DNA of 64,000 nt, from the NCBI GenBank assembly GCA_963693365.1, contig CAVNZM010000005.1, positions 4,843,167-4,907,166 on the forward strand, read 5' to 3'. Below are positions 1 to 13,554 of the stretch, piece after piece (position 1 is the stretch's first letter; the number at the start of each line of letters is the position of its first letter). The DNA is from Amoebidium appalachense. Its lineage: Eukaryota > Protista > Ichthyosporea. Position numbers and translations under genes: made by a program. The notes beneath the pieces were generated by a model, which saw only the letters and a list, made by a program, of their open reading frames with translations, did not search any database and was not told the DNA's origin.

Positions 1-355
1 CTCTTTGTCAAGTAACGCTTGTTCTTTCGAGAAAGAAAACAAATGTCCAAAGCTACACGTGTGCATCTCAGGCACTTTTTCCAAATACCGAATATCCCCA
101 CCACATACACACAAGAACACCTACGAAGAATCCTTATGCACGATAGGCTCACTCCAGAGCACTGGGCGTTAAGACACTTCGATGATATTGGAGATAAGTA
201 AAAATACAGTCACATTCAACTAGGGCTATCCTGTTTCCTTCACATCACACCATCCCCCCCCCCTCCCCCCTCCCCCCTTTCCCTCTTTCTTCCCCCCCCC
301 CCCCCCCCCTCCCCGCGCTTCCGGCCCACACAAGCAGACTCACACAAGCGCGCGC

Positions 356-424
<69 letters not shown>

Positions 425-741
425 ACACAGAGACACGGACACACACATGCACACACACTCCCGCACACACACTTCTCCAAGCACACTGCGTGTCACATGT
501 TGATTGACATGCAACCCCACCCACTAATACCGGTATTCTTTTGCCTCCATCCCGCCCCTCCCCCTCCGCCCAACCGCCCATCCCCTCCCCCCTTACCCAC
601 CATCCCTTTTTGCGTGACCCCTTCTCCTTTGTTCTTCTTGTGAGTCCTGACCAACCCCCCCCCCCACCCCCCCCCCCCTCCCCCCCACCCCCCCCCCCCT
701 TCCCCCCTTCACCCCCACTCCATTTCTTCCCTATTTTCCAG

Positions 742-1051
742 GCACAAGACATTCTTGACGGCTTTGAAAGCGACAATGTAGTTCGGAACTTGGCAGCCGG
801 GCAGGCTGTAGCACAGCTTATCCGCGCAGTTGCAAGTCAACAAAACGCGGAAAAAGTACTCCAGCTAGCGCAGTTTTCCCTTCCCTTGGTGGCAAACACA
901 CTCGAGGCTCCAGAGGCTATGCAAAGAACTGCGGATTCATTGCGATTGCTGGCGACTGTGCTGGAGAGTAGCTCTTTCCAGAGAAACGCTGCCGCGGTAA
1001 GTCCCAGCCGTTTTTTTTCCCCCCATGTCTTTATTCTCCTTCCCATCTTCC

Positions 1052-1082
<31 letters not shown>

Positions 1083-1962
1083 AAAAAAAAAAAAAAAAAA
1101 GAAAAAAAAAATCCGGAGGAGCCTTACCTTACTCAGCCCATTCACACACAAAGACTTTCTTTGCCTTTTTCTCTTCTTTTCTTTTCTTTTCTTTCTTTCT
1201 TTCTTTTTTTTTTTTTGTCTCTTTTTAATATCTTTCTTTCTTGGGAGAGGAGGGGTAGGAGGTGGTGATGGTGGAGGAGGATGAGGAGGAGGTGGTGGTA
1301 GTGTGTGTGTGTGTGTTGGGAAGGGAGGAGGGGGGGGGGGGGGGGGGAGGGGAGGGAGGGGCCGGGGGGGATATGTCTTTGACCACGGGAGAGGAGAACA
1401 TGTGTGTGTTTGTGTGTTCTTAAACTCACTTTTAAGCGGGGAACGAGGGGAAGGGGGGGAGGTTGGGAGGAAAGGGGGGAGAGAGGGAGACACGTGCAAA
1501 ATAACATGTTAGTCTCGTAACTATTCAGCAAATGGGACGGGAGCAAACTAGAAACAAGCACGGCCACCTTTAGCCCCTGCAAAGGAGGCAACGGCCGGGG
1601 AGGGAGGGGAGAGAGAGGGGGGGGGGGGGGGGGGGGGGGGGGGTTGGAGCATGGGGTAGGGGCTAGAATGCGACCACGGGTGACTAGAAGGACCTCTTTT
1701 TTCCTGAGTGGTGGGTAACATGTGGGATACCAGGGGCTCAGGTTTGCATCCAAGGCCATAGAGGATGAAAAACTGGGGGGTGCCATAGCATCAGGCATGG
1801 AGGTGGCATCCCGGATCATGGAGGTATTAGACCCCCCCACACACTGAAAGGTTAATTTACATTGTTCTTTTGTTGCCTGCTAGGCTTCGTGTTTTTATTG
1901 GCATAGTGGGTTTTCCCCCCTCTTAGGCCTTTTCCCCCCTCCCCTAACCCCCCCCCCCCCCC

Positions 1963-1995
<33 letters not shown>

Positions 1996-2276
1996 AACAC
2001 GCACACACTTCTCCCCACAACCTCAGACTCACAATGGCTCTGCTTCTCCCGTACATGTCTGCCTTGACAGACACACATGCAACATCAACACCCACTCGCC
2101 CATCCACCCCCATGCGTACATAAACATACACGTATCCAAACAAACGCCCAAACCCCCCCCCCCCCCTTCCCCCTCACTCCAAAAATACCAGGCAACCCCC
2201 CCCCCCCCCCCCTCTCCCCTCCCTTGGGGAGAAAGAAATTGAAAAAAAAAAAAAAAAGTTCCCCCCTGAGGTAAAA

Positions 2277-2319
<43 letters not shown>

Positions 2320-2563
2320 ATAGTAAACCAAAAACTCAGCCACAACTCTTTTACATGGTGACACAAACGCAGCACCTCTTGTTAACATTCCTAACCCGCT
2401 TCCCCCCCTCCCTCTTCCCCCCCTCCCCCCCCCCCCTCCCCTGCTCCTCCTCCGCTCCCCCCCACTCCTTCTCCTTCCTGGCTGCCTCCTTTTCCCCTCG
2501 CTCCCCCCCTCCCCCGCCCCACCACCACCCCCTAGCCCCCCCCCCCCCCCCCCCCTCCCCCCC

Positions 2564-2651
<88 letters not shown>

Positions 2652-3828
2652 CAAACACCACACACACAGCAACCGGCCGTCAACAAAGCACTTGAGCGTG
2701 GGGGAGCCATTGCCACCAGCATCCTTGGCAACGAGAGTGTGCAGGGGGCCACCAGGGCAGTACTTGAGAGCGAGGCATTTAACACAACACTGAATACTAC
2801 TGTCAGAACAGGTGTGTGAGATGTATAAAAGGATATATGGATGGATGTGGGGAGACAGGAAATGTGGATTGGATGTAGGGAGACGGGGTTAAATTGTCCT
2901 TTATGTAGTTTGTGGAAAGTAGACTCGCGCGGCGTTCCATTGTTTCAAGAAGGAGACGTTTCGAGAGAGATAAGATGAAGGGGGAGTGAGAGGTGAGGGG
3001 GAAAATGGAGAAAGGAAGGTTAAAGAGAGCTAAGTGGAGAGGATAGGTTGAGAAGAGTGTGAGAGAGTGAAAGGGAAGGGGGAGAGGAGTAAGTAAAGAG
3101 GGGGGGGGGGGGGGAGGGGGGGGGAGAGAGAGACAAGAGAGAAACAGAGAGAGAGAGAGATAGAGAGAGAAAGAGAGAGAGAGAGAAGAATGGGGGGGAG
3201 AGTGGGAGAGTAGAGGGCTTCTCTATGCAAAAGGGGGATTACGACGGCACATAGATAACACTTCTCCATCTTCCCCCCCCTCCCCCCCTTTCGGCCTGCC
3301 CACCCAAACTTCTTCCCCTGGCACCTTTCTCTGGGTCTCCACATTGACAACAACGAAAACACTACCTGCTCGAAAAGGCTTCTCACTGCTCCATTTTTCT
3401 TCTCCCCCCCCCCCCCCCCCCCCCCCCCCCCACCCTCCCCCTCTTTTGTGTGCTCCTTTCTCTGTCTCGCTTTGTGAATTGCTTGTGCTTGCATGTTCCC
3501 CAACCCTTTTATGCACACAACAACCACCCCCATCCCTGTTCCCCACAACTCTTCTTAATTCTTACCACCACCAAACAACCACCAACGCCTCAAACAAAAT
3601 GAAACCAACACACAACAAAAACAGGGATCACGGTTGCGCAAAAGCTCCGAGAGAACGAACGTGTATGCCAGGCCACCAGTACGGGCATGGACGTAGTGAC
3701 ACGAGTGCTGGACAATGCGGCAGTGCAGAGCGCAGTCAAGGGCACAGTCAGTACCACGGCAACGGTGGCCCAGAGAATATTGGATAGCCAGACACTGGGT
3801 GCGTGTGTGTGTGTGTTTTTTTTTTTTT

Positions 3829-3859
<31 letters not shown>

Positions 3860-4142
3860 GGGGATGTTGTGAATGTGGTTGGGGGGGGGGGGGGGGGAGG
3901 GGAGGGGAGGGGGGAGGGGGTTGCCAGTCAGTGCAACGGAAACGATGGAGAGAATATTGGATAGCCAGAAACTGGGTGAGTGTGTGGTTTTTTTTTGTTT
4001 TTTTTTTGTTTTTGGGGGGGGGGGGAGGGGGGGGGGGGAGGGGGTGGTTGGGTGGAGGGGTGGGTGGGTGTGGGTGGGTTTTCTTTGAATGAACGTTTTA
4101 ATGTAGGATGATCTGGGACATCGTGGTGCGATACTTTCTGCT

Positions 4143-4173
<31 letters not shown>

Positions 4174-4198
4174 GGGTGGTGGTGGTGGTGGGGAAGGT

Positions 4199-4243
<45 letters not shown>

Positions 4244-4280
4244 GGTCGGGTTGTGTGTGTGTGTGTGTGTGGGTGGGTGT

Positions 4281-4318
<38 letters not shown>

Positions 4319-4385
4319 ATCTGTGTGTGGTTGCGGGGAACGGAGGGATGGTGTGGGGAGGGGAGGAGGGGGATAGGGTGTGTGT

Positions 4386-4428
<43 letters not shown>

Positions 4429-6601
4429 CAAGGGGAGGGAGGGGGGAGGGAAATAAATCAGGTTTATACTTTCAGGGTACACACACCTCCATTTTTTCCA
4501 GATTGTATCAATGTCTTGCCTTGCACTAGTATGCTCCAAACTGAATTCTTCTTCCTTTTTTTCAGGCACTGCGGCTGCTGCCGGAGCCAATATGGCCAGC
4601 ACGGTCATGGGCAGCGACATAGTCACCAACGCTGCTGCATCAACATACGAACTGGCTAAGTACGATATCCCATTTCCCCGTGTTTTTGCATGGATTTTTT
4701 ATATCTTGGGCTGTGAGGGATACTACATCCTAAACCCCCCCCCCCCCCCCCCCCCCTCCCCCCCCCTCTCCCCCCCCCCCCCTCCCGCCTTGTTTTTCAT
4801 CATGTAGTTGTGCTTGGGTAAGTTGGTACAGATGATTCCGGCTGCTGGAATCCGACAGCCAATTAGGAATCCGAAACCGATTTCGATCTATTTAGTCTAT
4901 TTATCCGTGGCCTGATTGGAGACGACAAATTGGTCAGGTTCAGGTGGCCGGAGTTTCGGGTCGACCCGTACAGTTTTTTGTCCTGCCGGTGGATTTTCAT
5001 GCAAATCTCTCAATTAATTTTTAAGATATAATCTACTAATTTTTACCTTGCTCGTCTTGCTAACGCGAATGCTCTCTACCGCTCCACTAATAACGCGTCG
5101 CGGATTCGCAAAGACTTAGATATTTTTTTTCGGATTCTGCTTCTCGATAAGATTTGGATTTACAATTACGTTATTCTAAATTTAAACCCGATTTGAAAGT
5201 GGCCGATCGGATGAATTTTGAATTTACTTAATCGGAAATCGTATTAAGGCCACCAATAGACTTTTATGGCATGCTTAGTCATTTCAAATCCCTTTAATTC
5301 GGGTCATACCAATAGTTTCACGCGCTCAGCAGCCGGAACTATGCTGCTTGGTACGGTATTCGTCGTTCTTAGTTCTTAACCTTTCCAACCCCCCCCCCCC
5401 CCCCCCCCCTAAAAACACACACACACACGCACAAATAAACAAACAAAAAACAGGTCGGTGCTGACCAGCAACACTGTGGTGGGCACGTGGGCCTCTCTGT
5501 CACATGCACTTGCCTATTTTGGCAATGCCAGTCAGATGCGATTGGAGGAGCTGGAGGCTGAGCTTGTCGACCTAGAGGAGGCCACTAACGAGGACTTGAC
5601 TGAACTGAGGGCCGAGGAGAGGCTGTACGTGTCCCCCCCCCCCCCCCCCCCCCCCCCCTCCCCCTCTTTTCTTTGTCGCCCGTCTCCCCCCCCCCCCCCC
5701 CCCCTCCCCTCTTTTCTTTGTCGCCCGTCTCCCCCCCCCCCCCCCCCCCCTTCCTTCCTTGCCTACCATCACCACACACGACACACAACACACCCTGACA
5801 ACACCCCCACTTTCTTTTTCTATGGCCCGTAGCTAACCACACATACACCGGTACAGGCTAGCGGAAGACGAGCAGCAAAAGCGGATAATCTACGAGCAAG
5901 CAAGGCAGGTGCTTGGGGACAACAGGAGAGAGCAGGCACAACTGGAGGCTAGGCTGAAGGCTAAGAGGGCAGAGGTGGCAAGAGAGAGGGCCGCACTGGA
6001 GGCAACAACACACCAGCAGGTGTGTGTGTGTCTGTGTGTGTGTGTGTGTGGGGGGGGGGGGGGGAGGGGGAGGAAAGGGGAGGGGGGGAGCGTTAAGTGG
6101 GTGGGTCTGGGTGGGTGGGTGGGTGGGGGCGGGTGGGCGGGTGGGTGGATGGGTGGGTGAGTGAGTGGGGGTGTATTTGTCTGCTTGTATTCGGGTGTGG
6201 ATCTGTGTGTCCGTGTGTGTGCTCGTTTGTGTCTGAATGCGACAGAAAAAGAGAGAGAGTGTGTGTGTGTGTGCCTGCGTGCTCGTTTGTGTGTCTGAGG
6301 TTGTTTGTGCATGTGCGTGTGTGTCCGATGCCGGAGGGGGGGAGAGGGGGGGGGGGGGGATTGAGCGAGGGGAAAGAATTAAGGGGGGGAGGGGGGTAGA
6401 AAGGGGGTTCGAGAGGTTGAGAGGTTAGATCCAGAATATCAGATGGCGTAAACACGTGCCGAACCGGGTGGCCGAAAACTTATGTGGACTAAACCAGTAT
6501 GGTCTCTAATTACTTGATTCCATCTCTAGGCCGACGCAGAGACTGGGCAGCATGATGCAGAGCTCAGGGCTTCAAATTCTATAGCCACCGTCGGCCAGTA
6601 G
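742..6601 (+). CDS. Unknown protein with ~20-aa amphipathic helical repeats and a C-terminal coiled coil; 5' end lies upstream of the window
   Basis: Exons 742-996, 1734-1823, 2670-2811, 3625-3798, (optional 3928-3975), 4566-4659, 5454-5624, 5857-6019, 6530-6601. All GT-AG, phases chain without a stop to TAG 6599-6601. Reads AQDILDGFES...VLESSSFQRNAAAGLRFASK AIEDEKLGGAIASGMEVASR IMEQPAVNKALERGGAIATS...LEELEAELVDLEE...ATVGQ*. Confidence 0.85.
4829..5346. mobile_element. MITE, hAT-like, in an intron
   Basis: CAG...CTG termini. Perfect 12-bp inverted core TTCCGGCTGCTG (4836-4847) / CAGCAGCCGGAA (5327-5338). Flanks (g)TTGGTA(c) and (c)TTGGTA(c) resemble a 7-8 bp TSD. AT-rich, high-complexity interior. 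Confidence 0.6.
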
Positions 6602-6619
6602 ATGCCCGTGTGTGTGTGT

Positions 6620-6677
<58 letters not shown>

Positions 6678-8029
6678 GGGTTGGAGGGGGGATGGGGAGA
6701 GCTGCAGTGGCGGGGGCGGTGGCGCCGGAGGGGGGGGGGGGGAGGGGGGGAAGTTGCATGTGAATGCATGGGTAGGGGGCGAATTGATGGTTAGGCATTC
6801 TAGGTCAAAGTATCGCATTATAATTGTAGGTGCATTTGCATTACATAGTGCAAGGGCAAACAAAAGGGGACATAAGGCGGTATTGGAGTGCAGAATTAGA
6901 ATAGCATATCAATATGATATTCATTCATGCGCATGTGAAAAACACAAATTCAAGCCAAAGACATGATACTCCTTAGCCGCGCAGACACATGCGAATGAAA
7001 AGATTAGGTCCAAATACATGTCATTTTTGAATGAAAAGAAATTACTCAATACTATTAGGGGTAGTTCCTGGGTAATACGATGTAGGCTTGTAGCTCCGTG
7101 TGCAGTAAGGAACGATTAGACTCCGTGACTGTGTCACTTCTGTGTTGTATTCTATTTATTTACTGTGCATATAATGCATATCAGGAGCCTCTCGATTTTT
7201 AAATAGAAAGATACCACACAAACGTGCAACTAGAAATGCAGATTTGAAAGTACTTGGAACTCCACCGTAAAAACACACACACACACACACGGGCACACAC
7301 GTTTCACACATGCACATGCTTACACGTGCACACACCAACTCATGCATGTGCACCCACGCACACGCACGTAGACCCCACGGCCAAGTTGCAAGTGCATTAG
7401 GGCGTCAAGTTGAAAAAGTTTTGAACATTGCAATAAATCCCATAATAAAAAAAGACAACAACGCGGAACATTCAACTGTCACAAAAGTGGGCGGGTAGCC
7501 ACTATCCCTTCGGATTTATGATTAATTGATACTTCTTTGCACGTGCCTACACAGTGTACATTGTCTCTCATCAAGTGGGCACCTATCTGCCTCATTTTGT
7601 TCTCGTGTGTCTGAAACGATGACATTACAGAGCATCCCCTTCCCCCCCCCCCCCCCATGCTCTCCCTCCACATACACACTTGCATACACCCGCCACAAAT
7701 ATTCTAGTGTCCTTCGTAATAAGTCATATACGTTCATACAGGCACACAAGAGTCCAGTATTCCCATTATCATCATGGACAGCATAAACGTGCGACGAATC
7801 CTATCCCTGGGGGGAAAAAAAGGACCCCCCCCCCCCCCCCCAAAAAAAAAAAAAAAAAACCTTAAACCCCCAAACAATGCAACATCAATGAGCTACACGC
7901 AATACCCTCTTCCGACACCACATGACCTTTGTGTGGTACACACGCCGTTGAAAAAAAAAAAAAAAAAAAAAGCATGCAACTGACAACAGTAGAAAGGAAA
8001 AGCGCATCTCAGATGGCCTCTATTGATGA

Positions 8030-8207
8030 CTATTTGGGCACGAACTTTTCGTAGTATGTGCGGCATGCAGCCGACATTGTTTCTTGCCATGACAGAGGGA
8101 CGTCTGTCGTGTGCTCCGCTGTGACAAAACATCTTGTCAGCTGCTGTAGAGAGAAAAAGGAGGGAATGGCTGAGGGGGGGAAAAAAAAAATGGTGATGGT
8201 GGTGGGT

Positions 8208-8248
<41 letters not shown>

Positions 8249-8705
8249 ACAGTCACGCCTGGGCTAAAACAACCCTTCGTTTTCCCCCTCGGGGGTTGTT
8301 CTATCTAAAGGTAGGTCTATCATAGATGATGGCGCAAACATAGTGATTGCGCAAACGTAGTAGTATGATAGTTGGTAAGCCACCATGGCAGCGGCTAGCA
8401 GCTGCAAGATGGAGATATAGAGAGACCAAGAGGGACACAAATTTTTTTGAAAGGAAAAAAAAGGGGGGAAAACCCCATGAGCACCAAGGGACACACTGCA
8501 TATAGCTAGCATCTTAAAGGGATTGCGCTCGTTTATGTGCCTGCGCCAGCACGTCTGCCACGCATGGCCTGGGCTGCCACTACACTGCACAAGTACCACC
8601 GGCTACAATCAAGACGGTGTTTTGCGACTGGGAAAAAAAAAAAAAAGAAAAAAAAAGGATGCGGGAGGTCGGGGATCGAACCTTTTTTTGGGTGGGTGGG
8701 TGGGT

Positions 8706-8752
<47 letters not shown>

Positions 8753-9259
8753 GGGTTGTTCTATCTCAGGGTAGTTTCAACATAGGGTTGTTCTATCCCA
8801 GGCGGTACTGTATGACGGCATGCATGCCCACGAACACGCACGCACACACATCTCCAGATGCAACTTTACCTTTTCGGTGAACCATTTACCCGACCAAATA
8901 GATTCCATAGCTAGAACATAAATTTTACATGTGGAGACCATCCTTCCCACTGATAATCAAGCAGAGCGGGCCAAAAAAAAAAAACAAAAAAAAAAAACAC
9001 CTCCACAACGACACAGGAAACACAGGGTGGGCGGGGTGAGGTAAGCCTTGAGCGCCCGGAGATTGGTATCAATCATATAGGCATCTATGCAACATGTACA
9101 TAAGCACTTTCCCGGCCATGCAAGGGCTGGACAGTCCAGGGTGGGGGGCTAAAGTGTTGTCTGGTCCGCCTCCCTCTCTCCCTCCCTCTTGCTCCCTCTC
9201 TACCACTCTCTCTCCCTCTATCTCTCTCTCCCCCTTCCCCTCTCTCTCTCCCTCCATTT

Positions 9260-9305
<46 letters not shown>

Positions 9306-9322
9306 CCCCCCCCCCCCCCCCC

Positions 9323-9353
<31 letters not shown>

Positions 9354-9671
9354 ATTCTTTTTTACTTTTTATTTTTTATTTTTTGTGGGGGGGGGGAGGG
9401 GGGGGGGGGGAGGAGGGGATGCTTACCCGGGGAGCCCTCGAAATTGCTGAATGGGGCCACGACTGTGTCCGGAGGCACAAAACTGTTGTCGGCTATGCGG
9501 CAACAATCCTTGAGTACGGCCCGTCGACCCTGCACACATACATGTGAGTGGGTGGAGTAGAGAGGAGAGAGGGTGTGGGTTATAGAGATAATATGTATAT
9601 CTATGTATCCACACACACACACAAACACACACACACACAACACGAACACACACACACACACACACACACAC

Positions 9672-9739
<68 letters not shown>

Positions 9740-9980
9740 CATGATATATTTGGATGATAAAAAATAGCAAGATGTTAACGACAACACCACTTCAATGAAA
9801 ATGATAATGTCGGTGCAAATAATAGTAATTGATAAACATCGTGATGATGATATTCTAGTTGTTGTAATGGTGGTGATGTAATGATGGTTTTTACTATCAT
9901 CTTCACTGTCGTTCTCAAAATATCGATCGAGCATGTATGGAGAAACACACGCGGGCAGTGTGTGTGTGTGGTGTGGGTGT

Positions 9981-10061
<81 letters not shown>

Positions 10062-10143
10062 TGTGTGTGTGTGTGTGTGCATGTGTGTGTGTTGTGTTTG
10101 TGCACGGGGGCAGAGGGGGAGGGAGGGAGAGAGAGAGAGAGAA

Positions 10144-10225
<82 letters not shown>

Positions 10226-11474
10226 ATTTAGAGAGAGAGAGAAGACAGGAGAGGGGGGGGGGGGGGGGGGGAGGAGAGAAGGGAGGGAGGGAGGGAGGGA
10301 AGAAGGGAGGGAGGGATGGAGGGAGGGAGGGAGGGAAGGGAGGGAGGGAGGGAGGGAGGGAGGGAGAGGGAGAAGACGGAACGCAAGAGAGCGAGTGTTG
10401 TGTGTTTGTGTGAGCCACAGAAAGAGAGGGAGAGGAAGAGGGACGGAAAAGAGTGAGGGGGGGGAATGGAGGGCCCATACAATAACACAGTTTTTGCCGA
10501 TTTCAACGTAGGAGCCGATCTGTGCAGCCGACACGACACTGCCCTCGCCAATCATCACACAGTCGCCTATTTGCATCGCAAAAAACTTCATTTCACTGCA
10601 CAGGAAAATAACCGGTCAGAGCTGAACGTGATCTCACAAGCGTACAACTACGGGGGAACCCGGGGAAACCTGGGTGACGGGTATATGGCTATAATGTGTG
10701 CGTGTGCGTGTGTGTGCGTGTGTGTGTGCGTGTGCGTGTGCGTGTGCGTGTGCGTGTGCGCGCGCATGCGCCGGCGTGCGCGCACGTGTATGCGCGTGTG
10801 AGCGTGCAGGAGCGTGTGTGAGCCTGTGCCTGTGTGGATAAATTCTTTTTTCCCCGTACTTTCTTTGTCTTTTCTGACTTTAAATCGTTCTTTTTTGCTT
10901 TTCCTTTGTTTTCTTTTCTTTTCTTTCTTTCGTTTCTTTTCATTATCTTCTTTTTCATTTTTTTTGGGGGGGGGGGGGAGGGGGGGGGGGTGAGGAGGGG
11001 GGAACAGTTGAAGGCTTAAAACACCAACATTACGTTCGAACTGGACACAAAATTAAAATTAAAATATTTGCACATGTATGCTCTTACCTATTTGGGCATG
11101 GTTGATCTTGTGCATGTTTATGTACTAACATAACAGCTAGAATATGTCATGAAGTACACAGTACACGAAGTACACATTTACGACAACACAATTCAGAAGT
11201 TGCAAAGCGCGCACGAAAAGCATGCCTCCTAGGCAGAGCCCATCCACAGAGACACCCCAATCCATCCACAGTACCCGAATTTCGACCCATTCACCTCCGC
11301 CCGGAAGAGGGGGAGGGGAGGAGCAGGGGAGGGAGACATACTTTCTAAAGCGCTTATATGGCGGTCTGATGATGGCACCCTCTTTCAGAATGCATGAACG
11401 GCCCATTTTAATCACGGCCAGGTCCCCACGCAAGATGCAGTTATGCTGCATGATACACTGCGATATTTTTTTTT

Positions 11475-11517
<43 letters not shown>

Positions 11518-11549
11518 GAGTGAGAAACCCAGTGGCTGGGTCATGCTTG

Positions 11550-11617
<68 letters not shown>

Positions 11618-11718
11618 CCCCCCCTCCCTCCCCCCCCTCTCCCTCCCCCTCTCCCTCTCTCTCCCCCTCCCCCCCTGTCTCCCCCCCCCCCCCCCCCACC
11701 TCCTCCCCTCCCTCCCCC

Positions 11719-11753
<35 letters not shown>

Positions 11754-13253
11754 AGGCCCCCCCTCTTTACCCCAACACCCACCGACCCGCCCATCTTCCC
11801 TGCTCCCCTCAGGCAGGACCCATAATTAAGGGACAGCATGCCGGCTAAGAAACTATTGCAAGGAAAGATGATAGGGAAGCAGAAAGAAAGGGGGAATAGA
11901 CGGAAGAAGAAGACGCGGAATGATAAACCAAAAAAAAAAGAGAGAAGCTGCCGCCAGAAGCGCACCGTGGGAGGGGGGTGGGGGGGAGGGGAGGAGGGGA
12001 GGGGGGGGGATTGTTGTGTGATTAGCAGCAAAGCTGATGAAGCAGCAAACATAAAAAAAAACGTACACAAAGTGAACTGTGGATAGACGTTGGAAGAAGG
12101 GGCTTGGCCTGCATCTTTCCTTTCCTCCGCCTTTTTCTGTTTCTTTTTTTTCCCTTTAGGAAGGGGGGGAGGGGGAGGAGGTCTTGCACGGTATGCACGG
12201 CCAACGGGGGGTCTTTTTGGGGGGGGGGGGAGGGGAGGAGGGGGGAGAGAAAGAGAAGGAAAGAAACAGAGGGTGGGTGGGTGGGTGGGGGGGGTGGGTG
12301 GGGGTGGGGGATGGGGGGGGGGGGGAAGAGGGGAGGAGCGGACAAAGCAGGAATGGGAACAGGCAATACAGAAAAACAGACTAGACAGACAGATGGGAGG
12401 GTCAGGGGAGACGCCGGGGGGGGGGGGGGGGGGGGGGACCCACCTTTCCAGCAGCGGATATCTGGTCTGTGCCTGCAAGCACACATGTTCGGGCTATGGT
12501 GTTGCCTGTCGGCTGTGTGTGGAGGAACAAACTTTCAATGACATGTTTTTTTTTGGTGTGTGTGTGTGTGTCTGTTGTGTGTGCGCGCACATGCCTGTTC
12601 GTGCGCGCATGTGTGTGTGGGCAGTTATGTTACAAAACGCGTAGGAGGGATCTAAGGCTGCCCCCTCCCCCCCCCCCCCCCCCCCCCCCCCCCTTCTCCC
12701 CCTCCCCCTCCCCTCCCCCCCCCCCCTCCCCCCCCCCCCCCCCCCCCCCCCCCCCCACACACACACACCGTCCAACCCCTCAAACACAACACGTCTCCCA
12801 AAGCCTGTCCTTTCTAAGGTCCTTCATCACTAATAATTTTAGACATGACAGTCGGGGTCATGCGCTTGTCCCACACAGCATATCCTGTTTTCGTCCTCCT
12901 GCATCCTGGATTCTGTATTTTCCGCACTGAACCCCTATAACGCTTCCCCATTTGCGAAGTTCACACCCATAACCTCCGCACCCCCCTCCCCCTCTCTCCC
13001 CAACCCTTCCGTCCACTTTCCAAGGCACAACTCTTTCGTTAGAAACCTCGTCTCCTTCCACCCCCCTCCCAGCTACCCCCTCCACCCTTCCTTGCCTCCT
13101 CCCACACACCCATACACCCTCGCTCCCTCCTATCACCCCCTCCCTCCCTCCCTCCGTCTCCTCTCACTCTCTCTCTCTCGCTCGCCCGCTCGCTCGCTCT
13201 CACTGCTTCTCTCTCCTTCTCTCTGGCGGTCCCTCCTCCTCCCCCAACCCTCC

Positions 13254-13285
<32 letters not shown>

Positions 13286-13554
13286 ACCCTCTCCCCCCCC
13301 CCCCGTTTCTCTCTACCCCTCCCTCCCTTTCTCCCCCCCCTCTCCCTTCCTCCCTCCCTCCCGCCCTTCCCCGCCCCCCAACCCCTTCCCCCGTCCCCTC
13401 CCTCTCTTTCCCCCCTCCCCCCGTCCCCTCACTTTCCCCACCCTTCCCTCCCCTCCATCCTTGTCCCTTCCCACATCTATTGTGTCCGTTCCGTAGCTGC
13501 ACGCACCGTCACCATGTAGTCCACCTTGTTGTAGTACACTACTGGCTGCTCCAT
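8030..13554 (-). CDS. DCTN5: Dynactin subunit 5 (p25), 179 aa
   Basis: Exons 13507-13554, 12444-12512, 11342-11457, 10481-10595, 9427-9529, 8030-8118 (540 nt). [30 protein letters not shown]...[31 protein letters not shown]...[27 protein letters not shown]...TYYEKFVPK* follows the p25 left-handed beta-helix sequence end to end. Confidence 0.97.
8250..8810. mobile_element. Tc1/mariner(pogo)-type MITE in the last DCTN5 intron
   Basis: 27-bp imperfect TIRs: CAGTCACGCCTGGGCTAAAACAACCCT vs reverse complement CAGTACCGCCTGGGATAGAACAACCCT. TA on both sides (8248-8249, 8811-8812). Internal repeats of GGGTTGTTCTATC. Confidence 0.85.

Noticed and set aside
19-201. 60-aa ORF as an upstream exon of the first gene
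   Set aside because: The donor at 198 gives phase 2, but exon 742 needs phase 0, and phase 0 ends in TAA. It may be a TE tail, but support is too weak to call.
2277-2318. Poly-G/poly-C as pure sequencing artefact
   Set aside because: The long runs avoid all exons, follow gene orientation and grade into imperfect C-rich sequence, so they are likely real, although exact lengths are unreliable.
8660-8682. tRNA-like 3' arms/B-boxes (also near 13637, 25337, 34660)
   Set aside because: Only TpsiC-like fragments; no D arm, anticodon arm or closing acceptor stem.
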